A stretch of 64,000 nt of DNA. Source: Candidatus Aminicenantales bacterium. Lineage in GTDB: Bacteria > Acidobacteriota > Aminicenantia > Aminicenantales > UBA4085. Shown piece after piece: positions 55,196 to 64,000 of the stretch (position 1 is the stretch's first letter; every line of letters begins with the position of its first letter). Location of the stretch: contig JBEKTZ010000008.1 of NCBI GenBank assembly GCA_049515535.1, positions 104,173 to 168,172 on the forward strand. Direction: 5' to 3'. The notes beneath the pieces were generated by a model. That model searched no databases. It saw nothing but the letters and a program-made list of their open reading frames with translations, and was not told the origin of the DNA. The translations under genes and the position numbers were made by a program.

Positions 55196-56248
55196 ATGAA
55201 GATTAAAGACACGCCCGCCATCCTGACCCCGGTCCGCACCAGGGAGGACCTGCTCTTCGAGGACAGCCTCCGGCCGCGGAGCTTCGATGAATTCATCGGC
55301 CAGGAAAGCGTCAAATCCAACTTGAAGGTTTTTATCGAGGCCGCGCGCAAAAGGGACGAGCACCTCGACCACGTTCTTTTATACGGCCCGCCGGGCCTGG
55401 GCAAGACGAGCCTGGCCTATATCATCGCCAAGGAGATGGGCGTCGGCATCAAGCCGACGGCCGGGCCGGTGATCGAGAGGACGGGCGACCTGTCGGCGAT
55501 TCTATCCAATCTCCAATCGAAGGAGATCCTTTTCATCGACGAAATCCACCGCCTCCATCCCTCGGTCGAAGAGATCCTGTATTCGGCCATGGAGGATTTC
55601 AACCTCGACATCGTCATCGGTCAGGGACCGAGCGCCCGCAGCCACAAGCTGAAGCTCAAGAAATTCACCCTGATCGGCGCGACGACCCGCGCCGGCCGGA
55701 TCACGGCCCCGCTGCGCGGGAGGTTCGGCATCATCCACCGGCTGGACTATTACAAGAACGAGGACATCCGGAAAGTCATATTGCGGGCGGCGGCCATTCT
55801 CAAAGTGAAGATCGATGAAGCCGGCGCCGAGCAGATCGCGTTGCGCGGCCGCGGCACGCCGCGCGTGGCCAACCGCCTCCTGCGCCGCGTGCGCGATTAT
55901 GTGGACGTCAAAGGCCAGGGCGTGATCACGGCCAAGGAGGCCCGCGGCGCGCTGGACATGATGGACGTCGATTCCCTGGGGCTGGATGACGTGGACCGCA
56001 AGATCCTCCTGACCATCATCGAGAACTTCGGCGGCGGTCCCGTCGGGGTCGGGACGATCGCCGCGGCCATCGACGAGGAAAAAGACACCATCGAATCCAT
56101 CTACGAGCCGTTCCTGATGCGCATCGGCTTCCTCGACCGCACGATCCGCGGCCGGAAGCTGACGGCCAGGGCCTACGAGCATCTCGGGTTCTCTTATCCG
56201 CATAAAGGGTCCGCCCCGCCGCGTCAGAAAAAGTTGTTCAAAGATTAA
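55196..56248 (+). CDS. ruvB: Holliday junction DNA helicase RuvB
   Basis: Walker A GPPGLGKT, Walker B DEIH, sensor motifs and the winged-helix C-terminus. Confidence 0.95.
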   Translation: MKIKDTPAILTPVRTREDLLFEDSLRPRSFDEFIGQESVKSNLKVFIEAARKRDEHLDHVLLYGPPGLGKTSLAYIIAKEMGVGIKPTAGPVIERTGDLSAILSNLQSKEILFIDEIHRLHPSVEEILYSAMEDFNLDIVIGQGPSARSHKLKLKKFTLIGATTRAGRITAPLRGRFGIIHRLDYYKNEDIRKVILRAAAILKVKIDEAGAEQIALRGRGTPRVANRLLRRVRDYVDVKGQGVITAKEARGALDMMDVDSLGLDDVDRKILLTIIENFGGGPVGVGTIAAAIDEEKDTIESIYEPFLMRIGFLDRTIRGRKLTARAYEHLGFSYPHKGSAPPRQKKLFKD

Positions 56249-57283
56249 GTGCTGATCTCCGAGTTCGACTTCGATCTCCCGCCCGGGCTCATCGCCCAGA
56301 ACCCTCTCCCCGATCGCGACGCGTCGCGGATGATGGTCGTCCGGCGCAAGGAAGAAAAAATTCTTCACGCGCGATTCGGGGAATTCCCGGCGTATTGCCG
56401 CGAAGGCGACGTCCTCATCCTCAACGACACCAAGGTCATCCCGGCCAAGGTCTGGGGGAAGAGGGGCGATGCGTCGGTCGAGTTTCTGTTCATCAAAGAA
56501 AAAGAGCCGGGATTGTGGGACGTCCTGTGTAAACCGGCCAAGAAAGTGCGAGCCGGGGATAGGATCAATTTTCCTGACCGGCTGGCGGCCGAGGTCGTCG
56601 AGGCGGACGGGGAAGGCCGCCGCGTTCTGAAATTCGCGGTCCTCGACGTCCTGGACCATCTCAAAAAAATAGGCTTCGCTCCTCTGCCGTCCTATATCAA
56701 ACGCAGGAAAGAAGATGCCGGCGCGCGGGCCACGGATCTCAGCCGGTATCAAACGGTGTTCGCCGCCAAGGAAGGCGCCATCGCCGCGCCGACGGCCGGT
56801 CTGCATTTCACGCCGCGCGTTCTCGACGACATCCGGAGAAAGGGAGCCCGGATCGCCGAAGTCACCCTCGATGTCGGGCCGGCGACATTTCAGCCGATCC
56901 GGGTCGAGCGTCTGGAAGATCACAGGATGCTCGAGGAAACATATGAGATACCGAACCGCGCGGCCCGGGAAATCAACGAAGCGAAAGAAGAGAAGCGGCC
57001 CGTGGCCGCCGTCGGGACGACGGTCGTCCGGACGCTCGAAAGCGCCGCCGAAGCGTCTTATCGTGTCCGGCCCGGCCGGGGCGCGACGTCGCTTTTCATC
57101 CGGCCCGGCCATGCATTCAAAATCGTGGACAGGCTGCTGACAAATTTCCACCTGCCGAAATCGACTTTGCTGATGCTGGTCGCCGCTTTCGCCGGCCGCG
57201 ACCTCATTCTGGCCGCCTACCGCGAAGCCGTACGCGAGCGTTACCGCTTTTTCTCCTACGGCGACTGCATGCTCATTCTTTAA
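56249..57283 (+). CDS. queA: S-adenosylmethionine:tRNA ribosyltransferase-isomerase
   Basis: QueA N-terminus (LISEFDFDLPPGLIAQ) and conserved core. GTG start directly after the ruvB stop. Confidence 0.9.
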   Translation: MLISEFDFDLPPGLIAQNPLPDRDASRMMVVRRKEEKILHARFGEFPAYCREGDVLILNDTKVIPAKVWGKRGDASVEFLFIKEKEPGLWDVLCKPAKKVRAGDRINFPDRLAAEVVEADGEGRRVLKFAVLDVLDHLKKIGFAPLPSYIKRRKEDAGARATDLSRYQTVFAAKEGAIAAPTAGLHFTPRVLDDIRRKGARIAEVTLDVGPATFQPIRVERLEDHRMLEETYEIPNRAAREINEAKEEKRPVAAVGTTVVRTLESAAEASYRVRPGRGATSLFIRPGHAFKIVDRLLTNFHLPKSTLLMLVAAFAGRDLILAAYREAVRERYRFFSYGDCMLIL

Positions 57284-57381
57284 TTTCGGTGACAGACAAC
57301 TCAACCGCTAAATTCCGCTCGATCGAATTTCGGCAATGCGTTGTCTGTCACCGAGAGAGGATTTACGGCAGCGCTTTATTT

Positions 57382-58749
57382 CTAAGCCGTGATGATCCCC
57401 AGCGGTGGGTTGGTCTTCCACTTGCCCCGTGTGAAATCGGGGATCTCGACAGGCCCCCCCCTTTTCGCCACTGAGGCGCAGCTCGCTCCGACGATCGCGC
57501 TCCAGGCCGCCGCGTCATAGACGTCCTGATCGAGCGGCTCGCCTTTACGGAGCGACCAGATGAGCCGGTAATCCTCGATGTAATCCATGCCGCCGTGGCC
57601 TCGGCCTTCGCCTTTCGCGGAGATTGCCTTCCAGAGCGGATGTTCGAACTCGGCGGCGAACTTCTCGAAATCGTCCCATTCATGGGCCTTGGCCGCTTTT
57701 CCCTCGATATAGATCCGGTCGGGCCATTTATGGGCGACGCCCTTCGTCCCCTGGACGAGGTTGATCCGGGTATAGGGCCGCGGCAGGTTGGTGTCGTGGA
57801 TGAGAATGATCGTCTTGCCGAGCCTGGTCCTGATCAGGCTCGTGTTGACGTCGCCCAGGACGAATCTTTCCTGCGCCTGGGGCGAATCCGGGCCGAACGT
57901 ATCCACGGCATATTCATGGAGCCCGCGCGTCGGTCCGCTCAGGGAGACCAGGAAATCGAACGCATCGCCCCGGTTGATGTTCAGGCACTGGGCCACGGGG
58001 CCCAGGCCGTGCGTCGGGTAGAGGTTGCCGTTGAGCTTCTGCGCCCAGGCCCGGCGCCACAGCCCTTCGCCTTCCTTGCTGAATTTGACCTCGCGCAAAT
58101 CATGCAGATATCCGGCCTCGGCGTGGAGGACCTCGCCCAGGACGCCTTTGCGGACGAGGTTCAAAGTCATGAGCTCGATCCGGTCATAGCAGCAGTTCTC
58201 CATCATCTGGCAGTGCTTGCCGGTTTTCTCGGCGGTCTCGACGAGCTTCCAGCAGTTTTCGAGGCTCATCGCCGCCGGCACCTCGGTCGCCGCGTGCTTT
58301 CCGTTTTCCATGGCCGCGACGCAGACCGGGACGTGCCACTCCCAGGGCGTGGCCGTCATGACGAGGTCTAGATCCTCTTTCTCGCACATCCGCTTGAAGT
58401 CCGTGGGGCCGTTCGAGTAACCCGTCGGCAGGGGCTGCCCCGCGGCGACGACCCATTTCTGGGCCCGTTCGACTTTGGCCGGGACAATGTCGCAGATGCC
58501 CTTGATCCGGACGCCCTCGATGTTCAAGTAGTTTTGGACGTGGGCCGAGCCCATGCCGCCGACCCCGACGAACCCGACGTTCACGGTCTCGATGGGCGCG
58601 ACCTTGAACTGGGTGCGGGCTTCGCCCTTGACTTGGGCTTCAGCGGCCTTGACCGGCTTCAAACCGGCCAGCGCCGTCCCGATCCCGGCCATGGCACCGG
58701 CTTTGAGAAAATCTCTTCGACTCGGGTTCTTGACGTCGTCGCTCATCAT
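57382..58749 (-). CDS. Tat-exported Gfo/Idh/MocA family NAD(P)-dependent oxidoreductase
   Basis: Twin-arginine signal (SRRDFLKAGAMAGIG). Rossmann GFVGVGGMG. Gfo/Idh/MocA C-terminal domain. ATGATG start with GGAGGG adjacent. The upstream 103 codons in the track overlap the repeat region and are probably not coding. Confidence 0.75.
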   Translation of the reverse strand: MMSDDVKNPSRRDFLKAGAMAGIGTALAGLKPVKAAEAQVKGEARTQFKVAPIETVNVGFVGVGGMGSAHVQNYLNIEGVRIKGICDIVPAKVERAQKWVVAAGQPLPTGYSNGPTDFKRMCEKEDLDLVMTATPWEWHVPVCVAAMENGKHAATEVPAAMSLENCWKLVETAEKTGKHCQMMENCCYDRIELMTLNLVRKGVLGEVLHAEAGYLHDLREVKFSKEGEGLWRRAWAQKLNGNLYPTHGLGPVAQCLNINRGDAFDFLVSLSGPTRGLHEYAVDTFGPDSPQAQERFVLGDVNTSLIRTRLGKTIILIHDTNLPRPYTRINLVQGTKGVAHKWPDRIYIEGKAAKAHEWDDFEKFAAEFEHPLWKAISAKGEGRGHGGMDYIEDYRLIWSLRKGEPLDQDVYDAAAWSAIVGASCASVAKRGGPVEIPDFTRGKWKTNPPLGIITA

Positions 58750-58979
58750 CCCTCCATATGTGGATATTTCTCTCAACTTATATCGAATCGTCGCCAAGAA
58801 GTAAATCCCCCGCGCATTTTGGACAAAGCCGTCCTTAACCGTAGTACAGTTTCCAAGACGAGTTATATTTCCTATGTCACCAGAGCAAAGGATATGCTGC
58901 TCGGAACCCATCCGAGAGCGAGAGCGGGCATGGTTCGGAAATAAAATTTCCGAGAGCGAGAGAAAGGCCGAGCGGATTT

Positions 58980-59129
58980 GAGGATTTGGGCTCCGGCCCA
59001 AATCCTCGGGGACTCCAAGGGGGCATGCCCCCTTTGGTCGCAGTCCTATGCGGAGCATAGGGCGAGAAGGGGAGGCAGGGACGGCGGGATTTTCCCGCCG
59101 GACCGTTGGAAGGGGTCTTCCCCTCCAAG
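58980..59129 (+). repeat. Multi-hairpin conserved intergenic element, copy B
   Basis: H0 (GAGGATTTGGGC-tccg-GCCCAAATCCTC), then the same conserved linkers as copy A, with compensatory different stems. Preceded by two CCGAGAGCGAGAG direct repeats. Confidence 0.4.
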
Positions 59130-59188
59130 GGCGCGGGTGGGAAAATCCGCGTGGTGACGAGCGGCATATCCTGCGCGAGCCGTCCGGC

Positions 59189-59217
59189 TTGACAAAAACG
59201 CGAAAGACGGCTATTGA
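59189..59217 (+). promoter_or_regulatory. sigma70-like promoter (TTGACA, 17-nt spacer, TATTGA) downstream of repeat copy B, driving the lipoprotein gene
   Basis: Perfect -35 hexamer. Weaker -10. Confidence 0.4.
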
Positions 59218-59246
59218 ATGGAAGACTCGCCGAACAAGGACAAACC

Positions 59247-59669
59247 ATGAGAAAGGCCATCGCCGTATTGATGATTCTCGGCATCGCCGGAGTTTTATTG
59301 AGCGTGCCGGCCTGCAAAAGCAAATCCGGAGAGACGGCGGACGAAGCCGAACAAGCCCGCCTCGATTCGGAGCAGGCCGTGGCGGACGCGGCCGCGGCGG
59401 CGGAAGCCGCCAAACTGGCGGCCCCCCCTCCTCCTAAAATCAACGACGATGTCTACGCCGAGATCCGGGCGAGGTCATCCCTCTTGCTGGACAAATACAA
59501 GGACGACCCAGCCGCGGCTCAAAAGAATCTCGATGCCCTTTACGAAAAATTCCAGGTGACGATCGAGGAGTTCAAGGCCTTCGAAGCCAAACAGACGCCC
59601 CAGCACCGGGGGGAACTCGAACGGAAGGTCATGGACTTCATCCAAAAATTCGTCCACGAATACCGGTAA
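59247..59669 (+). CDS. Probable lipoprotein, Ala/Glu-rich, unknown function
   Basis: Signal peptide ending LSVPAC (lipobox-like). Low-complexity helical mature region. The first ATG is at 59247 (the track start is TTG). Confidence 0.5.
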   Translation: MRKAIAVLMILGIAGVLLSVPACKSKSGETADEAEQARLDSEQAVADAAAAAEAAKLAAPPPPKINDDVYAEIRARSSLLLDKYKDDPAAAQKNLDALYEKFQVTIEEFKAFEAKQTPQHRGELERKVMDFIQKFVHEYR

Positions 59670-59674
59670 TCCCG

Positions 59675-61255
59675 TCAATGCAATAGTGGACGCTTTTTGT
59701 TCCACCGTTCGCGCAGCCGGATCGAATCCAATCCGACGTAATTGCCATTGGCCAGAAGGTTCCTGCCGACGCATTCCAGCCGGAGCGTGTGCTTTCCGGG
59801 CGCGAGCTTGAAACTGCCGAGGTAATTGTCCTTGACCTGGAGATCCTTCGAGTAGAAATCGTAGTCGGCGATCTTCTGGCCGGCCATGTAATCCGCCGGC
59901 TGCCGGACGTTCTTCCCATCGAGGAAGATCCTGTAACTGCCGTAATCCGGGGCGTACGTAAATCGCAGGATCAAGCCGCGGTATTCTTCCTTCTCGATCT
60001 GGAAATCGACGTCGAGCGCCGGGCTTTCGCTGGCGGGCATGAAAAAGACCTGGCCGTCGCCGGTCCAGTCGAAGCCGTTCTGGAGCTCGAGGACGCCGGG
60101 CGTATGTTTAGCCGTCGGGACAAGGGTTTTTCCCTCGATCACGATATCCAGATTGGGCAAGAGCCGCTGAGCGAGCGGCGGCAGCGTGGTGAACCGCTTG
60201 GGCTGCCCGACTTGATACCAGAAGGCGACGGTGGCGATATCGTCCTCGCGCTCGACGTGGCCTTCGATTTTCCCGCTTTCGGTTTCGTCCTCGCTGATCC
60301 AACCCTTGTGCTCGATCTCGAACCGCAGGGATTTCGTGAACCTGACCGGATCGGCGATATGCCAGCGATAGAGGCAATATTCCGTCCCCAAGTCCTCAAA
60401 ATCCGTGCTCATGTAGGTGCAGCCGAAATAAGGGAAATTAGCCTCGTTGAGGCCCCAGGCCATGAGGAAATAATCCTCCGTCCCGGTGCCCTGAATCGTC
60501 GGCGACTTCTCGCCGTCCACGTAAAACTTGGCGTCGCCTTCGCCGAACCAGAGTGGGCTGCGCGACCGTGCCGAGAGGACCGTTCCGACGTAGTGGCCCT
60601 CGCCTTCCGCGTCGAGAATGAGATAGTCCCGGCCGGTCTTTTCCGGAAATTCGTTCCTGTACTGGGCGCAAAAATAGCCCGTTTTATCCGGGAGCTTCTC
60701 CTCCTCGGTATAATCGATGTGATAATAGAAGCTGCGGACGTTTTTCCGGCTCTCATTGGTGATGGTGATGAGGCCGCGTTTGTGAAACGGCATGGCCCAA
60801 TAACAGTTGTAGCCGTCGCCGCCCTCCACCTGGACCGGGACGGACTTGAGCTCCTTGCGGAGGCCGAAGCCGGCCCCGAAGAAATCGCCGATCGGCGCCT
60901 CGACCGCGGGCTCCGCGGCGCCGTCCCAGTACATGCGGAGGATGATTTCATCAGGACGGGCCGATCCCGTCGCTTCAAGCCAGTTCGGCCGCGCCTCATT
61001 GAACGTCAACCAAATATGGCGGATAACCGCCGGGCTTTTGATATCGGCAAGAACCTTGGTCTCCCCCGGCGCCACGATCTTGATCCGGTCGGCGTTGCTG
61101 TCGGGATTCGGATCGGCCGAGGTCACGGCGCGCGCCCGGCCGGATTTGACCTGGGCCAGGCCGGTCAGATCCTGCCCGCGCGCATCGAGAATCACGCTAA
61201 AAAAGATAAGGGTCGCTAAAAACAAATCGATCGCAATTTTTTCGTGTTGGCGCAT
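59675..61255 (-). CDS. Secreted protein of unknown function (beta-rich, possible glycoside-hydrolase-like DUF)
   Basis: Signal peptide. ATG with AAGGAGG RBS. No confidently recognisable catalytic motif. Confidence 0.45.
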   Translation of the reverse strand: MRQHEKIAIDLFLATLIFFSVILDARGQDLTGLAQVKSGRARAVTSADPNPDSNADRIKIVAPGETKVLADIKSPAVIRHIWLTFNEARPNWLEATGSARPDEIILRMYWDGAAEPAVEAPIGDFFGAGFGLRKELKSVPVQVEGGDGYNCYWAMPFHKRGLITITNESRKNVRSFYYHIDYTEEEKLPDKTGYFCAQYRNEFPEKTGRDYLILDAEGEGHYVGTVLSARSRSPLWFGEGDAKFYVDGEKSPTIQGTGTEDYFLMAWGLNEANFPYFGCTYMSTDFEDLGTEYCLYRWHIADPVRFTKSLRFEIEHKGWISEDETESGKIEGHVEREDDIATVAFWYQVGQPKRFTTLPPLAQRLLPNLDIVIEGKTLVPTAKHTPGVLELQNGFDWTGDGQVFFMPASESPALDVDFQIEKEEYRGLILRFTYAPDYGSYRIFLDGKNVRQPADYMAGQKIADYDFYSKDLQVKDNYLGSFKLAPGKHTLRLECVGRNLLANGNYVGLDSIRLRERWNKKRPLLH

Positions 61256-61502
61256 GGGGCCTCCTTGCCGGTTGCTCTTTCCATCCATTCATTCTTATTG
61301 GCGAGTCGGCTGATGTCAAGAGTCTATCGGCGGCAAAAACGAAACGAGCATAAGCCGAACGGGCCGCAAAATCATGTCCTTTTTCCGGCTGAGAGGCTGA
61401 GTCCGCGTTTTTTGGAGGGATCTGCCCGAGTCCCCCTTTTTTGACTTTTCACCTCCGAAACGATAGGATGATTTTTTCATGAATCCGGGGAAGGAAAAAT
61501 CC

Positions 61503-63416
61503 ATGGCCGCTCAACGAACCCTGCCTCAGCTCTTTGAGGACTCCGTTCACCGGTTTCCCGGCAACATCCTGATGTGGGAAAAGAAGACGGACCGCTATGT
61601 CGGGACGACCTATGCTGAGATGCAGGTTCTCGTTCACAGGTTCGGCTCCGGCCTGATCAGCCTGGGCGTAAATAAGGGGGACAGGATCGGCCTCGTCTCC
61701 GAGGGCCGGAACGACTGGGTGATGAGCGAACTCGGGATTCTTTTTGCCGGCGCGGTCAACGTGCCGATCTCGGTCAAAATCGACGCGCTCGCCGACCTCA
61801 AGTTCCGGTTGGCCCATAGCGGATGCCGGATGGTCATCGCTTCGCAGGGCCAGATCGCCAAGATCCGGCAAATCAAGAATGACCTGGCCGAGCTCGAGAG
61901 AATCATCGTTCTCGACGAGCTGCAGGCATACGAACATGACGAAATCTCCGCCCGAACCGTCCTCAAATTGGGGGAGGATTTCCTGGCACACGGCAAGCAG
62001 GTCTTCGCCGCGCGATGGCAGTCCATCCTGGAAAACGATCAGGCCAATATCTGCTACACGTCCGGAACGACCGCCGACCCCAAGGGAATCATCCTCACCC
62101 ACCGGAATTACACGGCCAATATCGAACAATCGATGGCCCTCGTCCACGGCACGGAGGACTGGTGCTCCTTGATCATCCTTCCCTGGGACCATGCCTTCGG
62201 CCACACCTGCGGCGTCTATACGCTCATGAAGCTTGGGGCGAGCATCGCCTCGGTCCAATCGGGCAAAACGGCGTTGGAAACGCTCAAGAACGTTCCTCTC
62301 AATATCAAAGAGACGCGGCCGCATATCCTTCTCAGCGTTCCGGCCCTGGCCAAGAATTTCCGGAAGAACATCGAGAAAGGCCTTCGTGAAAAAGGGCCCA
62401 AAATCGAAACCCTGTTCAAGAAAGCCCTCGCCCTCGCCTACGATTACAACGCCGAGGGCTGGAACCGGGGCATCGGAAAGAAAAAAATCAAAAGGCCCAT
62501 CCTCGCCCTTTTCGACCTGCTGATCTTCAAGAAGATCCGAGCGAACTTCGGCGGCCGCTTGCAGTTTTTCGTCGGCGGCGGAGCGCTCCTCGATATCGAA
62601 CTCCAACGCTTCTTTTACGCCATCGGGATCCCTATGCTTCAGGGATACGGTCTGACCGAGGCCGCGCCCGTCATCTCGGCGAATTCCATGGACGCCCACA
62701 AGCTCGGGTCCTCGGGCCGCGTCGCGCCCGGCCTCGAGATCAGGATCTGCGACGAAAAGGGAAATCCGCTGCCGACCGGGGCTAAAGGAGAGATTGTTGT
62801 CCGCGGCGAGAACGTCATGGCCGGATACTGGAAAAACGAAAAAGCGACCCGCGCAGCGCTCCGCGACGGCTGGCTCTATACGGGCGACATCGGATATCTG
62901 GATGAGGACGGATTTTTATATATTTTGGGCCGGATGAAGAGTCTGCTCATCGCCGACGACGGCGAAAAATTCAGCCCGGAAGTCATCGAGGAGGCCGTGG
63001 CGGAGAATTCCCCTTATATCGAGCAGTTCATGCTTTACAACAATCAATCCCCCTGCACGGTTGCGCTTCTCGTCCCCGACAGAGCGGCCGTTTTGGGAAA
63101 GTTGAAGGCCGACGGCTTGTCCTGCCAAACCCCGGAAGGCCGGGAAGCGGCCCTGCGGCTCCTGGAAAAGGAAATCAACGCGTACAAGGAAGGCGGAAAA
63201 TTCGCCGGGATGTTTCCGGCGCGCTGGCTGCCTTCGGCCGTGGCCGTTCTCGGCGAGCCGTTCACGGAACAGAATCAGATGGTGAATTCCACGATGAAAA
63301 TCGTCCGGGACAAGATCGCGGAGTTCTACAAAAACAGGATCGACTATCTTTTCACGCCCGAGGCCAAGGACATCGTCAATCCCCAGAACCTGACGATCGT
63401 CGGCCGGTTCGAATAG
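61503..63416 (+). CDS. Long-chain fatty-acid--CoA ligase (AMP-dependent synthetase/ligase family)
   Basis: AMP-binding motif YTSGTTADPKG. Conserved GYGLTE and an Asp/Lys C-terminal domain. GAAGGA RBS before the ATG at 61503. Confidence 0.85.
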   Translation: MAAQRTLPQLFEDSVHRFPGNILMWEKKTDRYVGTTYAEMQVLVHRFGSGLISLGVNKGDRIGLVSEGRNDWVMSELGILFAGAVNVPISVKIDALADLKFRLAHSGCRMVIASQGQIAKIRQIKNDLAELERIIVLDELQAYEHDEISARTVLKLGEDFLAHGKQVFAARWQSILENDQANICYTSGTTADPKGIILTHRNYTANIEQSMALVHGTEDWCSLIILPWDHAFGHTCGVYTLMKLGASIASVQSGKTALETLKNVPLNIKETRPHILLSVPALAKNFRKNIEKGLREKGPKIETLFKKALALAYDYNAEGWNRGIGKKKIKRPILALFDLLIFKKIRANFGGRLQFFVGGGALLDIELQRFFYAIGIPMLQGYGLTEAAPVISANSMDAHKLGSSGRVAPGLEIRICDEKGNPLPTGAKGEIVVRGENVMAGYWKNEKATRAALRDGWLYTGDIGYLDEDGFLYILGRMKSLLIADDGEKFSPEVIEEAVAENSPYIEQFMLYNNQSPCTVALLVPDRAAVLGKLKADGLSCQTPEGREAALRLLEKEINAYKEGGKFAGMFPARWLPSAVAVLGEPFTEQNQMVNSTMKIVRDKIAEFYKNRIDYLFTPEAKDIVNPQNLTIVGRFE

Positions 63417-63493
63417 GTCGGGCGCGTTGGGTCCATCTTCGGAGAAAGGCCCAGGATTTGAAGAAGGAGCATAAAACTGGTAGACTATTTCGC

Positions 63494-63835
63494 ATGAAGC
63501 AGGACCGGGCCATGCAGGAAAAGCTCGAGGACATCCTTTACCCCGCAACGGAAGCCAAATCCTTCCGGATCACGGTCGGTTTCGGGTACAAGATGGGGGA
63601 CGCCTACAAGAAAGCCGTGATCCTCGCCAAGAAGAATCCCACATATAAGGAAGAAGGCGAAGGAGAATGGATCCGTCATTCTGCGGTCTTTACGCCGTCG
63701 GAAGCCGACGACCTCTTCGAGCTTTTCAACCTCGTCCATGATTGGGATACGACCGAGGTCCTGGTCAACCACAAGAAGCTCCCCTACGGCCACCAGTTGT
63801 GGCTCCCCCTGATGTGGTTCTACCGTATCAAATGA
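63494..63835 (+). CDS. Hypothetical protein
   Basis: ORF only. Start uncertain (the track start is TTG). No recognisable family. Confidence 0.3.
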   Translation: MKQDRAMQEKLEDILYPATEAKSFRITVGFGYKMGDAYKKAVILAKKNPTYKEEGEGEWIRHSAVFTPSEADDLFELFNLVHDWDTTEVLVNHKKLPYGHQLWLPLMWFYRIK

Positions 63836-63883
63836 ATACAGAAGCGGAAGGCGCTTCTTTATAATTCCAGAATCGGCCTTCCC

Positions 63884-64000
63884 TCAATCCTCGATCCTCA
63901 GGGCTTTCATTTTATTGAAGAGCGTTTTGCGGCTGATGCCGAGAGATCTGGCCGCCCGCGTCTTATTGCCTTCCGACTCGCGCAAGGCTTTTTCGATGAG
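63884..64000 (-). CDS. C-terminal Fis-type HTH of a sigma-54-dependent (NtrC-family) transcriptional regulator; the gene continues beyond the window
   Basis: Minus-strand translation LIEKALRESEGNKTRAARSLGISRKTLFNKMKALRIED*, the classic enhancer-binding-protein HTH_8 motif. Confidence 0.6.
   Translation of the reverse strand, partial: LIEKALRESEGNKTRAARSLGISRKTLFNKMKALRIED

Noticed and set aside
57382-59058. 558-aa form of the Gfo/Idh/MocA oxidoreductase, and the 44119 start of cytochrome b
   Set aside because: The upstream extensions run through repeat or intergenic sequence (58750-59058) or through the preceding cytochrome gene. Conserved N-terminal motifs (Tat signal at ATGATG 58749; RMSFAERAQH at 44302) define the real starts.
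1-64000. tRNA, rRNA, tmRNA, RNase P, SRP RNA
   Set aside because: Intergenic regions were scanned for tRNA T-arm GTTCGAATC-like boxes and rRNA-like conserved stretches. None seen. All long non-coding stretches are repeat or promoter regions.

Overview
High-GC (~63%) bacterial chromosomal window, apparently from a Gram-negative organism (outer-membrane proteins, System II ResB/CcsA cytochrome c maturation, Tat/Sec signal peptides). The genes are densely packed, often with 4-nt start/stop overlaps, and most are housekeeping or metabolic. There are no rRNA genes, tRNA genes or CRISPR arrays. Main modules, 5' to 3':
- A 2-oxoacid:ferredoxin oxidoreductase beta subunit (5'-truncated) and a TlpA-like thioredoxin, convergent with fabH.
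- An outer-membrane protein, an M14 carboxypeptidase, and a coiled-coil protein.
- queH overlapping hypF.
- A minus-strand block: flavodoxin, a YfgM-like TPR protein, a 2x[4Fe-4S] ferredoxin and an M50 protease, then an AT-rich promoter island and a double zinc-ribbon membrane protein.
- A GH95-like glycosidase, followed by an island of secreted peptidases: a 908-aa M14-like protein, two translationally coupled M42 paralogs (one with degenerate metal ligands), and an S9 prolyl-oligopeptidase-like protein.
- An ACT-domain protein and a FAD-linked oxidase.
- An ECF sigma factor, an anti-sigma factor, and two paralogous secreted HEAT-repeat proteins.
- Transketolase, a Cys/Met-metabolism PLP enzyme, and a dGTPase-like HD protein.
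- yggS, then a minus-strand operon of iorA, iorB and an ADP-forming acetyl-CoA synthetase plus two exported proteins of unknown function (aromatic amino-acid fermentation).
- An Rrf2 regulator, resB, ccsA, a tetraheme cytochrome c, a triheme cytochrome c, and a di-heme cytochrome b.
- thiM-thiE-thiL, then copA with a YHS/Met-rich copper-binding protein, then yeiH and mnmA.
- yebC-ruvC, then ruvA-ruvB-queA.
- A Tat-exported Gfo/Idh/MocA oxidoreductase, a lipoprotein, a large secreted protein of unknown function, a long-chain fatty-acid--CoA ligase, and the 3' end of a sigma-54-type regulator.
The most unusual signals are non-coding. One is a mosaic family of GC-rich intergenic repeat modules. 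It includes a ~150-bp multi-hairpin element present twice, with compensatory base changes in its stems, each copy followed by a TTGAC(A/T) promoter. It also includes a ~300-bp tandem/inverted repeat block with 20-nt terminal inverted repeats, and shared REP-like palindromes. The other non-coding signals are AT-rich promoter islands in an otherwise GC-rich background. Coordinates for non-ORF features are approximate (within a few nt).
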